A stretch of 64,000 bases of DNA from an uncultured Pelagibacteraceae bacterium (GTDB taxonomy: Bacteria; Pseudomonadota; Alphaproteobacteria; Pelagibacterales; AG-422-B15). The position numbers and the translations under genes are program-made. Shown here piece after piece: positions 39,292 to 48,349 of the stretch. The DNA is taken from assembly GCA_902622985.1 (NCBI GenBank), contig CACNSH010000001.1, positions 64,036 to 128,035 of the forward strand, in the 5' to 3' direction. Position 1 is the stretch's first letter; every line of letters begins with the position of its first letter. The notes beneath the pieces were generated by a model. That model was not told the DNA's origin, made no database searches, and saw only the letters and a program-made list of their open reading frames with translations.

Positions 39292-41181
39292 CTAAGTAAT
39301 TTTGGCTTTAAGCATTTGAAGTAACTCTTTATCACTATTATTATCGATTAATATCGATATTTCTTTAAGCATTTTTTCCAATTCTGGAAAAGGAATAAAT
39401 TTTTCTTTTTCTATCATTATTGGTTTATCATCTGTTAATACATTTTCTTTACCATCAATACTTTCAAAAAATAACTCCTCGTGAATTTTTTCACCTTTTC
39501 TCAATCCAATATACTTTATTTCTATATCTCCATCTGGAAATTCATTTGATTTTTCTTTTAATCCAGAAAAAGAAATCATTTTTTTTGCAATATCGAGAAT
39601 TTTTACAGGCTTACCCATTTTAAGAACGAAAACTTCACCACCCTTACTTATATACATTGAATATAAAACTAGAGATACTGCTTCAGGAATTGTCATAAAA
39701 TATCGGGTTACATCTGGATGTGTGATTGTTATGGGTCCGCCCTGATTAATTTGATTTCTAAAAAGTGGTATAATAGAACCAGAAGAATTTATTACATTTC
39801 CAAACCTGACCATTGAAAGTGTGGGGGCTTTTTCTCTTAAATTATCTGAGTAAGCTTGGACCAAAAGTTCTGAAAGTCTTTTTGTTAATCCCATAGCGCT
39901 TGTGGCTCTGACTGCCTTGTCAGTTGATATTAGTAAAAATTTTCTGATTTTATATTTAATACCTGCTTCTATGACATTTTTTGTTCCATAAACATTATTT
40001 ATCACAGCCTCAATGATATTTTCTTCCACTATTGGTAAGTGTTTATAGGCTGCAGCGTGAAAAACAAGATTGGGCAGGTGCTCTTTAAAAACAATTTCAA
40101 GTCTGTTTAAGTTAACAATGTCTACTAACTTTGAAACAACTTCAGTATTTTGATCATTACTTTTTTGAATTGAATTTATTTTATTTGTAATGCTGTAAAG
40201 ATTAAACTCACTATTATCAACTAATATCAGTTTTTTAGGATGATGAACCAATACTTGCTTACAAATTTCTGAACCAATTGAACCACCCGCGCCTGTTACA
40301 AGAATAACAGAGTCTTGAATCTCATTTTTTGTTTCGTTTGAATCAATTTTTGAATCTCTTTCAAGTAATTCATCTAATCCTACATCCAGAAAATCTTCAT
40401 ACAAAACTTTATTATTTATTAAAGTTTCTAATCCCGGGAGAATTTTAATTTTTACTCGTAAATCTGAAAAATAATTTATTATTTTTCTCTTCGCATAAAT
40501 ATTGATACTAGGAATGCATAATAATATTAAGTTTATATCATTTTTAATTATAAGTTTCTTAGCTTTTTGAATGGGAATGATATCTATATTATCAATTTTA
40601 AGTCCTTGTTTTTTTTTATCATCATCAATAAAGTATAAAATCTTATAATTGCTATTTTGTGATATTGAGTTATAAAATTGTAAACCCGCGCTCCCAGCTC
40701 CATAAATGATTATTGACTTTTGATTATTTGATCCTGCAAAGGAAAAAATGTTTCTTATCGAAAGTCTTACAAAAATAATCATTGAAAAAAAAATTAATGG
40801 TTGAAGAATTGATATTGATCTTGGTACACCATAAGGTGCAAGGTAAATGAGAATTATTGATGTAATAAGTATGATCGAGAAACTTGCTAAAGCGATCTGA
40901 ATTAAACTGTTTAAATTTAAATATTTAGTAATTGAATTATATACTTTAAAGAAATAAAAAAAAATAGAAGTGACGCACAAGAATATCATGAAAACAGTAA
41001 TTTGCTCATTACTGGGCGATGACAAAAAAGATGAAATTTGATGAGTGTGATCTAGAAGAAAGAAAAAAGCTAGCCATGTGCTTGAAAGATTAATTAATAT
41101 ATCAATACTAATTAATAGAGATATCTTATTTATTCTAGATATCTCATCAATTTTTTTTAGTATACTTATTTTCTTTATCAT
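39292..41181 (-). CDS. Membrane-anchored NDP-sugar 4,6-dehydratase (CapD/PglF/WbpM family)
   Basis: 4 N-terminal TM helices. VILVTGAGGSIGSE, FHAAAYKHLPIVEEN, LISTDKAV, RFGNVINSSGS, TRYFMTIPEA. Confidence 0.88.
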   Translation of the reverse strand: MIKKISILKKIDEISRINKISLLISIDILINLSSTWLAFFFLLDHTHQISSFLSSPSNEQITVFMIFLCVTSIFFYFFKVYNSITKYLNLNSLIQIALASFSIILITSIILIYLAPYGVPRSISILQPLIFFSMIIFVRLSIRNIFSFAGSNNQKSIIIYGAGSAGLQFYNSISQNSNYKILYFIDDDKKKQGLKIDNIDIIPIQKAKKLIIKNDINLILLCIPSINIYAKRKIINYFSDLRVKIKILPGLETLINNKVLYEDFLDVGLDELLERDSKIDSNETKNEIQDSVILVTGAGGSIGSEICKQVLVHHPKKLILVDNSEFNLYSITNKINSIQKSNDQNTEVVSKLVDIVNLNRLEIVFKEHLPNLVFHAAAYKHLPIVEENIIEAVINNVYGTKNVIEAGIKYKIRKFLLISTDKAVRATSAMGLTKRLSELLVQAYSDNLREKAPTLSMVRFGNVINSSGSIIPLFRNQINQGGPITITHPDVTRYFMTIPEAVSLVLYSMYISKGGEVFVLKMGKPVKILDIAKKMISFSGLKEKSNEFPDGDIEIKYIGLRKGEKIHEELFFESIDGKENVLTDDKPIMIEKEKFIPFPELEKMLKEISILIDNNSDKELLQMLKAKIT

Positions 41182-41729
41182 TAGTGGCTGATATCGTCTG
41201 ATTTGAATATTTTAAATATAGTAAAAAGTAGAATATAGGTATTTAATTTAAAACTTTTATTTTTTAAATAATATTTTTCTTCTTCTACTTTTTGTTCTAC
41301 TGATAAGCTATCTCTTCCATTCACTTGTGCTAGTCCAGTAATTCCAGGCTTCTGCATATGGATACTATGTAATGTCCTTAATTTAATTAAATCATTCTGA
41401 TTAAATAATGCAGGCCTTGGACCTATAAAATTCATTTTACCATTTAAAATACAAAAAAGCTGAGGTAATTCATCTAAAGATGTTTTTCGAAGAAAGTAAC
41501 CAAATTTAGTTGTGTAATTTTCATTGTTTTTTAAAAGATGTGTTGCTTTTTGAGGTGTATTATTTTTCATTGTTCGAAACTTAGGCATTAAAAAAATTTG
41601 ATTTTTTCTACCTACTCTTTTTGACCAATGAACAACTGGCAAACCTGAAGATAAAATTACGATCATTGAAACTAAAAGTAACATTGGGGATAGTAATATT
41701 ATTAGAAATAATGAAAAAATTTTATTCAT
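41181..41729 (-). CDS. Small monotopic phosphoglycosyltransferase (PglC/WbaP C-domain family, initiating sugar-1-P transferase)
   Basis: Re-entrant helix, then KFRTM, LDELPQL, GPRP motifs. Start set at MNKIFSLF (ATG 41729), which removes the overlap with the upstream GT4 that the ORF-track start (41804) creates. Confidence 0.85.
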   Translation of the reverse strand: MNKIFSLFLIILLSPMLLLVSMIVILSSGLPVVHWSKRVGRKNQIFLMPKFRTMKNNTPQKATHLLKNNENYTTKFGYFLRKTSLDELPQLFCILNGKMNFIGPRPALFNQNDLIKLRTLHSIHMQKPGITGLAQVNGRDSLSVEQKVEEEKYYLKNKSFKLNTYILLFTIFKIFKSDDISH

Positions 41730-41743
41730 AGTAATTAATAGTT

Positions 41744-42859
41744 TCAAAGTTTTTCTATGGCATTCATATACACATCTAAAGTTTTTTTTGCACAATTTTC
41801 CCATGTAAATTTTTTTGCTTGAATAATTCCCTTATCTACAAGAGTTTTTCTAAAATTTTTGTCTGAACCAAGTTTAACAATATTTGAAGAAAGTTCGCTT
41901 TTACTATTCATGTTATTCATTAGTATGCATGCATCACCTGCCACTTCTGGTATTGAACTGCCGTTAAAAGCTATCACAGGGCACCCAGATGACATTGCCT
42001 CCAGTACAGGAAGGCCAAATCCCTCGTACAATGAGGTATATACTAGCACATGTGCATGATTGTATAGATAAGAAAGCAATTGATCGCTACCTGAAATGAA
42101 AAATATTTTTTTCTTTAAGTTCTTTCTTTTTATAAGTTCGTTTTCATACTTTGATAATTTTTCTCCTCCAAATAATACTAAGTTATAGTTATTATTTATT
42201 ATTTCAGAATTCATATATGTATCAAATAAGTAAGAAAAGTTTTTATATCCATATCTTTGGCCTACATATAAAATATAATTTCCATAATTATTTTCATATT
42301 CAGTTTGATTGTCTATTTTTTTAAAAATATTAGAGTCAACTCCTAAGTGAATAACACTTATTTTATTTTCATGAATATTAAATTGATTTATCAAATCTTT
42401 TTTTGTTGAATGTGATATACATATGATTTTGTCTGCGATTGTGCAAGCCTTTAGCTTCTTGGAAGAAACGTGTTTTGAGTCTTTAAAAAAATTCGGATAA
42501 ATTTCATGCGTCATATCATAAACTGTAATAACATTTTTTGATGATTTAGTTGAACTTGATCCTGAAATTACTGAATAGTAGGTCTTATGTAATATATCGT
42601 AATGAGATGACTTAATAAATAAATGATCAATAATCATATTGATATATTTAAGTAATCTTATGATTATTCTCGACTTAGTATTTATCTTAAATCCAAGCAC
42701 ATAATCTTTTGTGCGGATCAATTCATTAATATATAATAATGATATAATGTCTGCATTAACTTCTAATTTATTTAGTTCCATTGCAAGATAATAAAAATAC
42801 TTAGAGATTCCTCCATATTTTTGGGCGGTGAAAATCTGATAATCATATTTAATTCTCAT
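41744..42859 (-). CDS. Glycosyltransferase family 4 (GT-B)
   Basis: C-terminal EX7E region [19 protein letters not shown]. Confidence 0.8.
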   Translation of the reverse strand: MRIKYDYQIFTAQKYGGISKYFYYLAMELNKLEVNADIISLLYINELIRTKDYVLGFKINTKSRIIIRLLKYINMIIDHLFIKSSHYDILHKTYYSVISGSSSTKSSKNVITVYDMTHEIYPNFFKDSKHVSSKKLKACTIADKIICISHSTKKDLINQFNIHENKISVIHLGVDSNIFKKIDNQTEYENNYGNYILYVGQRYGYKNFSYLFDTYMNSEIINNNYNLVLFGGEKLSKYENELIKRKNLKKKIFFISGSDQLLSYLYNHAHVLVYTSLYEGFGLPVLEAMSSGCPVIAFNGSSIPEVAGDACILMNNMNSKSELSSNIVKLGSDKNFRKTLVDKGIIQAKKFTWENCAKKTLDVYMNAIEKL

Positions 42860-42873
42860 ATTTTTTTAGACCT

Positions 42874-43968
42874 TTAATTTTGATTATCTTTATAAGCAAT
42901 AATGCATGCTAACAAAACTAATGGCGATGCATTTGGAGAATAAATACTTGTAATTAGGAAGACTGTAAAAAATAATTTCAGATTTCCCGGACCAGAAAAT
43001 TTTAAAAAATAATAAATATATATAAGTCCAAATACACCAAATGTTCTCATAAAAGTTATTGGCGCAGACACAGCGAGCTTACCGCCAAGCGGTTCAAATA
43101 AATCTGGTTCAAACAAATATCCGAGAGGGTACACTAAAAAACTTTTTAGTGAAAACAATATCCCTTCAATTCTTCCTCCATCCAGTAAAAATAAAATTTG
43201 AAATGTATCGGTATTTTTATCAATTAGTGTTTCTAGCAAATAATCTATCTTGTATTGGTTAAAATCAGGTAGAGGGAAAATTTGGTAAAATATAAATATA
43301 AGATAAGCTGTTATAGTGAATAATAAAATTCTAATGGGAAAATTAATAAATAAAAAACCAAAAATCATAAAATATCCACTTGTAGATCTGATTAAAACTA
43401 GCTCCATTATTAACAACACAGTAAATGGTATAAATAATTTATTTTTAATCTTTGGGCCGTATGCAATTAAGTAAGAAATTAATGCATAAAAACTTGCCCT
43501 TGATGCCTCAGAATAAAATAAAGAAGCACCTCTATATGCCTGACCCTGAGTCAGACTTCCTTTACTAAATAAAAATGAAAATTGATCATTAAATTGAGCT
43601 AAAACATTCGTATTTTGAATAATGGACAAAAAAAACAATAGCCAGAAAAAAATTTTAGCAAATTGTCTTATTTCAGAATAGATCTCCCTACTTGAAATGA
43701 TCCATAAACCTGCGAGAAATGTTAAAAAAACTAATGTATATTTAAATAATAATAAATTAATTCCATATTGAAATATTCCCTGAATAAAAAAAATAAGGGG
43801 AAATAATAAACCTATAATTATAAGGTTCGTTTTATAATTTGGCTTTATATACAGCAATCCATAGGGTAATGCCTCGGTTCTAATTTGAACTGTTCTTATT
43901 TGATCACTCACTATGGATGCTAAAAAAGTTGGCGTAAATAATAAGAAATACTTAAAAAATATTTTCAT
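42874..43968 (-). CDS. Polytopic membrane protein, candidate Wzy-type O-unit polymerase
   Basis: About 10 TM helices, no catalytic motif recognised. Called from location among the GT genes only. Confidence 0.35.
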   Translation of the reverse strand: MKIFFKYFLLFTPTFLASIVSDQIRTVQIRTEALPYGLLYIKPNYKTNLIIIGLLFPLIFFIQGIFQYGINLLLFKYTLVFLTFLAGLWIISSREIYSEIRQFAKIFFWLLFFLSIIQNTNVLAQFNDQFSFLFSKGSLTQGQAYRGASLFYSEASRASFYALISYLIAYGPKIKNKLFIPFTVLLIMELVLIRSTSGYFMIFGFLFINFPIRILLFTITAYLIFIFYQIFPLPDFNQYKIDYLLETLIDKNTDTFQILFLLDGGRIEGILFSLKSFLVYPLGYLFEPDLFEPLGGKLAVSAPITFMRTFGVFGLIYIYYFLKFSGPGNLKLFFTVFLITSIYSPNASPLVLLACIIAYKDNQN

Positions 43969-43972
43969 AAAA

Positions 43973-44854
43973 TTAAATATTGTTTTTTGAGAGAATTTGA
44001 CTTCTTACAGTAAGCAATTCCTCTAATTTAAATTCTCTATATTTTTTTGAAACATTAAAGTTTAAATCGTCAATTTTTTCTAGTCTTTCTTCGTATTGAG
44101 TAAAGTTACAGTCTTTTAAAATCTTAATTAATTCATTGTGACGAATTCTATTTTGAAAATGATTTGGTGGATTAAAAAAAAACCAATGAAAAGAATTATA
44201 TTTTAAGAAATTTACTGGTGACAGATGTTTAAAAGTGTGAGAGTAGTGATCGGAATAATCAACACATGATATGAGAAGTCCATCTTTTTTTATTAAAGTT
44301 TTTAAATTTTTAAATATTTTATATAAATTTTTTTTTGGAATGTGCTCAATGGTATCTTTAGAGATGCAAACGTCAAATTTTTCTTTGGTTAAAAAAGAAG
44401 AAATGTCTAATGGAGCAAGGTAATCGATTTTTAATAAGTTGAGTAGTTCCTTCATATTATTAAAATTATTCATGGGCTTCTTGTTTAAAAGCTTACAAAT
44501 TTGATAATATGCTTGTAGCGTTAGTTTTTCGTTTAACATTGGATTGAGGTCAACAACTGACTGTCTTAACTTTTTGTGCGATAGAGCTAAATAAATATTT
44601 TGCGCAAGATTCCTTCCTGCTCCAAATTCTAACAATTTAATATGATTATCAGAGTTCAATTTGTTAATTTTCTCCAAGATAAAAAGCCAGTCTGAATCAA
44701 GTGTTAAAATTTTTTTCGATGAACGATTTGTGATATTGTGCTGTAAAAAAAATAAAATTTTTCTAGGAAGAAAAGATAAAATCCAAAAAGCAATAACCTT
44801 CAATTTCCAATTCTCTTCAATCAACTGTGAAAAAATTTTTATTATTCTAAACAT
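43973..44854 (-). CDS. Class I SAM-dependent methyltransferase
   Basis: Motif I LLEFGAGRN and post-motif DTIEHIP. Confidence 0.5.
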   Translation of the reverse strand: MFRIIKIFSQLIEENWKLKVIAFWILSFLPRKILFFLQHNITNRSSKKILTLDSDWLFILEKINKLNSDNHIKLLEFGAGRNLAQNIYLALSHKKLRQSVVDLNPMLNEKLTLQAYYQICKLLNKKPMNNFNNMKELLNLLKIDYLAPLDISSFLTKEKFDVCISKDTIEHIPKKNLYKIFKNLKTLIKKDGLLISCVDYSDHYSHTFKHLSPVNFLKYNSFHWFFFNPPNHFQNRIRHNELIKILKDCNFTQYEERLEKIDDLNFNVSKKYREFKLEELLTVRSQILSKNNI

Positions 44855-45650
44855 TTCTTCCAGTATAATACCTAAATCTTAAAAAAATCCATCTACAAGA
44901 GATCAAGAAAATATGTCCAAAAGAAATCACTAAAGAATTAATTTTACCCCACTTAAATTTGTCTATTAAAATTTTACGCAATTGAAAAATTGATAACATT
45001 TTTTTTTGATAATGCTCGGAAACATTTTGTACGTTATAAACATAGTTTACTTCATTAATAAAAATTATTTCAGGCTTTAAATTTAAAATATCTTTCCAAT
45101 ATACCCAGTCTTCTTTCTTACCTTCATAAAAACTCACTTTTTTTGCAAGTTTAGTTGAAAGAATTATGCTACCTAGCATGAATGGATTTACAATATTTTG
45201 CATTGTAATTGGAAAAAGGGGAACTCTAATTAAATTTATGTTTTTTGAAAAATTTATATAAGTTTGGCCGACTATCATAAAGTTTTCAGTTTTGATTTCT
45301 GATTGAATTTTTGAGACAAGATTTACCGCATTTTCTAAAAAGCTGTCTCCTGCGTCAATGAATATTACAAAACTATTGGGATTGTCAGTGATGAAGGATA
45401 GTCCGGTATTTCTGGCAATTGATCTTGAAGCAATTGGATTTATGTTGCAAATTTCATATTGATAATTTTTTGTTTTTTCAAAATTAATTTTAGGATTACA
45501 GTCATTATTAAAAATTAATATATGATTAAAGTTTAAACTATTGACTAAACCTGCTACATTGCGAACACTACTCAACGTATCGTAAAGTCCATCAGCTGAA
45601 CCTACTGGGGTTATTATATTAATAGTATTTTTAAGATCACCTTTTACCAT
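44847..45650 (-). CDS. Glycosyltransferase family 2-like
   Basis: N-terminal INIITPV..., Asp-containing FIDAGDSF block. Weak call. Confidence 0.5.
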   Translation of the reverse strand: MVKGDLKNTINIITPVGSADGLYDTLSSVRNVAGLVNSLNFNHILIFNNDCNPKINFEKTKNYQYEICNINPIASRSIARNTGLSFITDNPNSFVIFIDAGDSFLENAVNLVSKIQSEIKTENFMIVGQTYINFSKNINLIRVPLFPITMQNIVNPFMLGSIILSTKLAKKVSFYEGKKEDWVYWKDILNLKPEIIFINEVNYVYNVQNVSEHYQKKMLSIFQLRKILIDKFKWGKINSLVISFGHIFLISCRWIFLRFRYYTGRNV

Positions 45651-46789
45651 AGAGGTGAGTTTAGGACATTTTCTTTGTTAAAATTAGCCTTAGTGGTATT
45701 TGCTAGCAATCGAATATCATCAATCAAATTATTATTTAATGTAATTGGTTGAAAACCTAAACTTTTTAATCCATCATTTGAGACCTCAAGATCATTTTTT
45801 TCCAATTCTTTTCTCGGATTTTTCAAATAATTAATTTTCGAACCGTATTGATCAGAGATAATTTTTGCAATTTCATCTACAGACAAAATTTCTGAAACTT
45901 GATTAAAAATTCTTACTTTAGTTTTATCAAATTTATCATTTTCTATAGCGAGCTTTATGCACTCTGCGGTATCACTTATATGAATAAAAGCTCTTTTTTG
46001 ACCACCAATACCGTAAACTGTAAGTGGATGGTTATTCACGGCTTGAGTAATAAATCGGTTTAAAACAGTTCCATAAATGCCATCATAATCGAATCTATTT
46101 ATTAAAAAATTTGATTTTTTTGTCTCCGGCGTTTCAATTCCCCAAACAATCCCTTGATGAAGATCTGTTATTTTTAATCCCCAATTTTTGTTATAATATT
46201 GAAATATTAATTGGTCTAAACTTTTTGTTAAATGATAAATACTTCCTGGGTTTGTAGGATATAGAATATCAATATTTTTATTTGTATCAGGGATATTTAT
46301 ATTCAAATACCCTTCTGGTATCTTTCCTAGTTCCTTTGAGTACCCATAAACACCCATAGTTCCTAAGTGAATTAGATGTATATCTTTATTAGTTTCAACT
46401 ATTGCTGAACATACATTATGAGTGCCAGTTATATTGTTCTCAATTGTATACCTTCTTTGCTTATCGCCCATCATAGAATATGGAGCAGATCTTTGTTCAG
46501 CAAACTGTATTATACTTTGTGGTTGAAAATCAGAAATTATATTTTTAAGTTTTTTCGATTCTTTTGATATATCAATATTCTTATATTTTATATTTCCGAT
46601 TAGTTTGTTAGCTACATCGATTCTTTTTTCTAATGAGCTTATTTCAGTTAAGCTTGATGATGATAATTCTTTATCAATATTCCTTCTTGACAGATTATCA
46701 ATTATTAATATTTCGTATCCAGATGCTGCAAGCCTTAAACTAGTAGGCCATCCACAGAAACCATCCCCTCCAAGTACTATTATTTTCAT
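45644..46789 (-). CDS. sqdB: UDP-sulfoquinovose synthase homologue (SQD1/SqdB/Agl3 family SDR)
   Basis: Near-diagnostic blocks shared with plant SQD1: GGDGFCGW (SQD1 GGDGYCGW), FAEQRSAPYSM, HLGTMGVYG, catalytic Y-H-x-x-K in SIYHLTKS (SQD1 FYHLSK), TDLHQGIVWG, RFDYDGIYGTVLNRF, HPLTVYGIGGQKR, NPR-E near the C-terminus. The 381-aa length matches the family. Confidence 0.8.
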   Translation of the reverse strand: MKIIVLGGDGFCGWPTSLRLAASGYEILIIDNLSRRNIDKELSSSSLTEISSLEKRIDVANKLIGNIKYKNIDISKESKKLKNIISDFQPQSIIQFAEQRSAPYSMMGDKQRRYTIENNITGTHNVCSAIVETNKDIHLIHLGTMGVYGYSKELGKIPEGYLNINIPDTNKNIDILYPTNPGSIYHLTKSLDQLIFQYYNKNWGLKITDLHQGIVWGIETPETKKSNFLINRFDYDGIYGTVLNRFITQAVNNHPLTVYGIGGQKRAFIHISDTAECIKLAIENDKFDKTKVRIFNQVSEILSVDEIAKIISDQYGSKINYLKNPRKELEKNDLEVSNDGLKSLGFQPITLNNNLIDDIRLLANTTKANFNKENVLNSPLW

Positions 46790-47544
46790 TCCTTAATTAT
46801 TTTATAATTTCTTAATTTTGCCATTGTAATAAAGTAAAGTTTCTTTGAAACAAAAAAACTATAAATATATTTTAAACATTCAATTATAAATCTTATAAAT
46901 TTTTCATATCTTAGTTTTATGTAAATTATATACAAGGTTGGATATGTTGATTGCCCACCTAATTTAAATTTAGCAAGGATATCCTGAGAATAGTAAATAT
47001 CATATTTATTTATATTATTATTCATCCAATCATTATCTGCGGAGACTTTAAGCAATTCATTAAAAAAAATTCTTTTTTCGTTAGGAGCAAAAAAACCTTG
47101 ATGTGGTGGTAAGTTTTTTTCAAGACCAAGACCAAAGAAACCTTTTTTTGGAACATTTTCTCTAATAATTGATATATTTTTATACACTTGTAATGTTTTA
47201 AAGCTATAACATTTCTTATCTCTTATATTTGAGTCTGCAAGTTCTAAACTCTCAGGACCACTAAATACGTCTCCAGCGTTCATAAACAAAATAAATGAGC
47301 CATTTGATTTTCTTATCCCGACATTCATTGCATTGAACAACGAGTTATCTATGTCCCAATAAAACTTTCTAAACTCTTTTGAGTATTGGTTTAATATCAG
47401 ACTTTTATCTTTATCTGAAAATGAAGATAATACTAAAATATTTTCATACGGCTTTAAAGATTGCATGTCTATAGAGTCTAATGTCTCAAATAGCTCATCT
47501 AAATTATTATGAGCAATAGTTATTATTGACAAATTATTTTTCAT
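46786..47544 (-). CDS. Glycosyltransferase family 2
   Basis: LSIITIAHNNLDELFETLDSIDMQS N-terminal GT-A motif and FMNAGD block. Confidence 0.6.
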   Translation of the reverse strand: MKNNLSIITIAHNNLDELFETLDSIDMQSLKPYENILVLSSFSDKDKSLILNQYSKEFRKFYWDIDNSLFNAMNVGIRKSNGSFILFMNAGDVFSGPESLELADSNIRDKKCYSFKTLQVYKNISIIRENVPKKGFFGLGLEKNLPPHQGFFAPNEKRIFFNELLKVSADNDWMNNNINKYDIYYSQDILAKFKLGGQSTYPTLYIIYIKLRYEKFIRFIIECLKYIYSFFVSKKLYFITMAKLRNYKIIKE

Positions 47545-47545
47545 A

Positions 47546-48349
47546 TTAAATGCCTAAATTTTTTTTTAGAATAATGTGTTTAAAGTTATAATCAGATTTT
47601 TTAATGGATTTATGTACATGAAAAGATGGATTATTAAAGTTAAAAACGCATTGATAATTTTGTTCATTCATAAATTTAATAAATTTATCATACGAGATAA
47701 ATTGATTTGGAAAAATAGATGGCTTCATATTTACTTGCAATACATAATAGTCTTCGTATGAATAATTAAAAACAGTATCGGCAATAATGATGTATTCAGG
47801 TTCAAATGATAAGATCATTTTTTTAATAAGATTTTTATAATTTGGCAAATATTGTAATGATGAACCAAAATAAACAATATCTATGTTTTCTTGCTTTATT
47901 TGATCTAATTCATGAAAATAAATAACATTGTTTTCTTTATTTTTTGGAACAACATCTTTAATTTTTTCAACAAATTCTTTTCTTTCATATATCCAAGATT
48001 TAATGACTTTGTTTGTTAAACCATTAATAAATTCATATATAGGTGGATTTCCACCGCCAACATCTAAAATTTTAATTTCTTTATTGCTTAAAATACTAAT
48101 AATGAGTGGGAGAATAATATTTCTGTCAATACTATTAAATTTTATTTTTTCTTTATAGTTAATAGTATTTTTATCATCATATGTATCATTTAAATATTTT
48201 GATATATTTGAATTATTTTTTTTTAAGTCATCAAGATTCTTATATTGATCTACAAAGGTAATATCTTGTTTATTAATTGAATTACTTATCTCAAACAATT
48301 TCAATTTTGAAAAAATAATAACTAAAAATTTTTTAATACAATTTTTCAT
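47546..48349 (-). CDS. Putative SAM-dependent methyltransferase (LIC12133/TIGR04325-like), tentative
   Basis: ILDVGGGNPP motif I and FGSSLQYLP block. Confidence 0.4.
   Translation of the reverse strand: MKNCIKKFLVIIFSKLKLFEISNSINKQDITFVDQYKNLDDLKKNNSNISKYLNDTYDDKNTINYKEKIKFNSIDRNIILPLIISILSNKEIKILDVGGGNPPIYEFINGLTNKVIKSWIYERKEFVEKIKDVVPKNKENNVIYFHELDQIKQENIDIVYFGSSLQYLPNYKNLIKKMILSFEPEYIIIADTVFNYSYEDYYVLQVNMKPSIFPNQFISYDKFIKFMNEQNYQCVFNFNNPSFHVHKSIKKSDYNFKHIILKKNLGI

Noticed and set aside
41730-41804. N-terminal extension of the PglC-like transferase ([25 protein letters not shown]).
   Set aside because: It would overlap the upstream GT4 by 61 nt. The family normally begins right at the hydrophobic re-entrant helix, MNKIFSLFLIILL. 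I chose the internal ATG at 41729.
44999-45007. Homopolymeric A/T runs of 9-10 nt inside island genes as possible phase-variation switches, for example 44999..45007, about 53803..53811 and about 63274..63283. A similar run lies at about 29748..29757 in a core gene.
   Set aside because: They encode Lys runs, occur equally in core genes, and are expected in very AT-rich DNA. I saw no evidence of frameshifted alleles in this single sequence.
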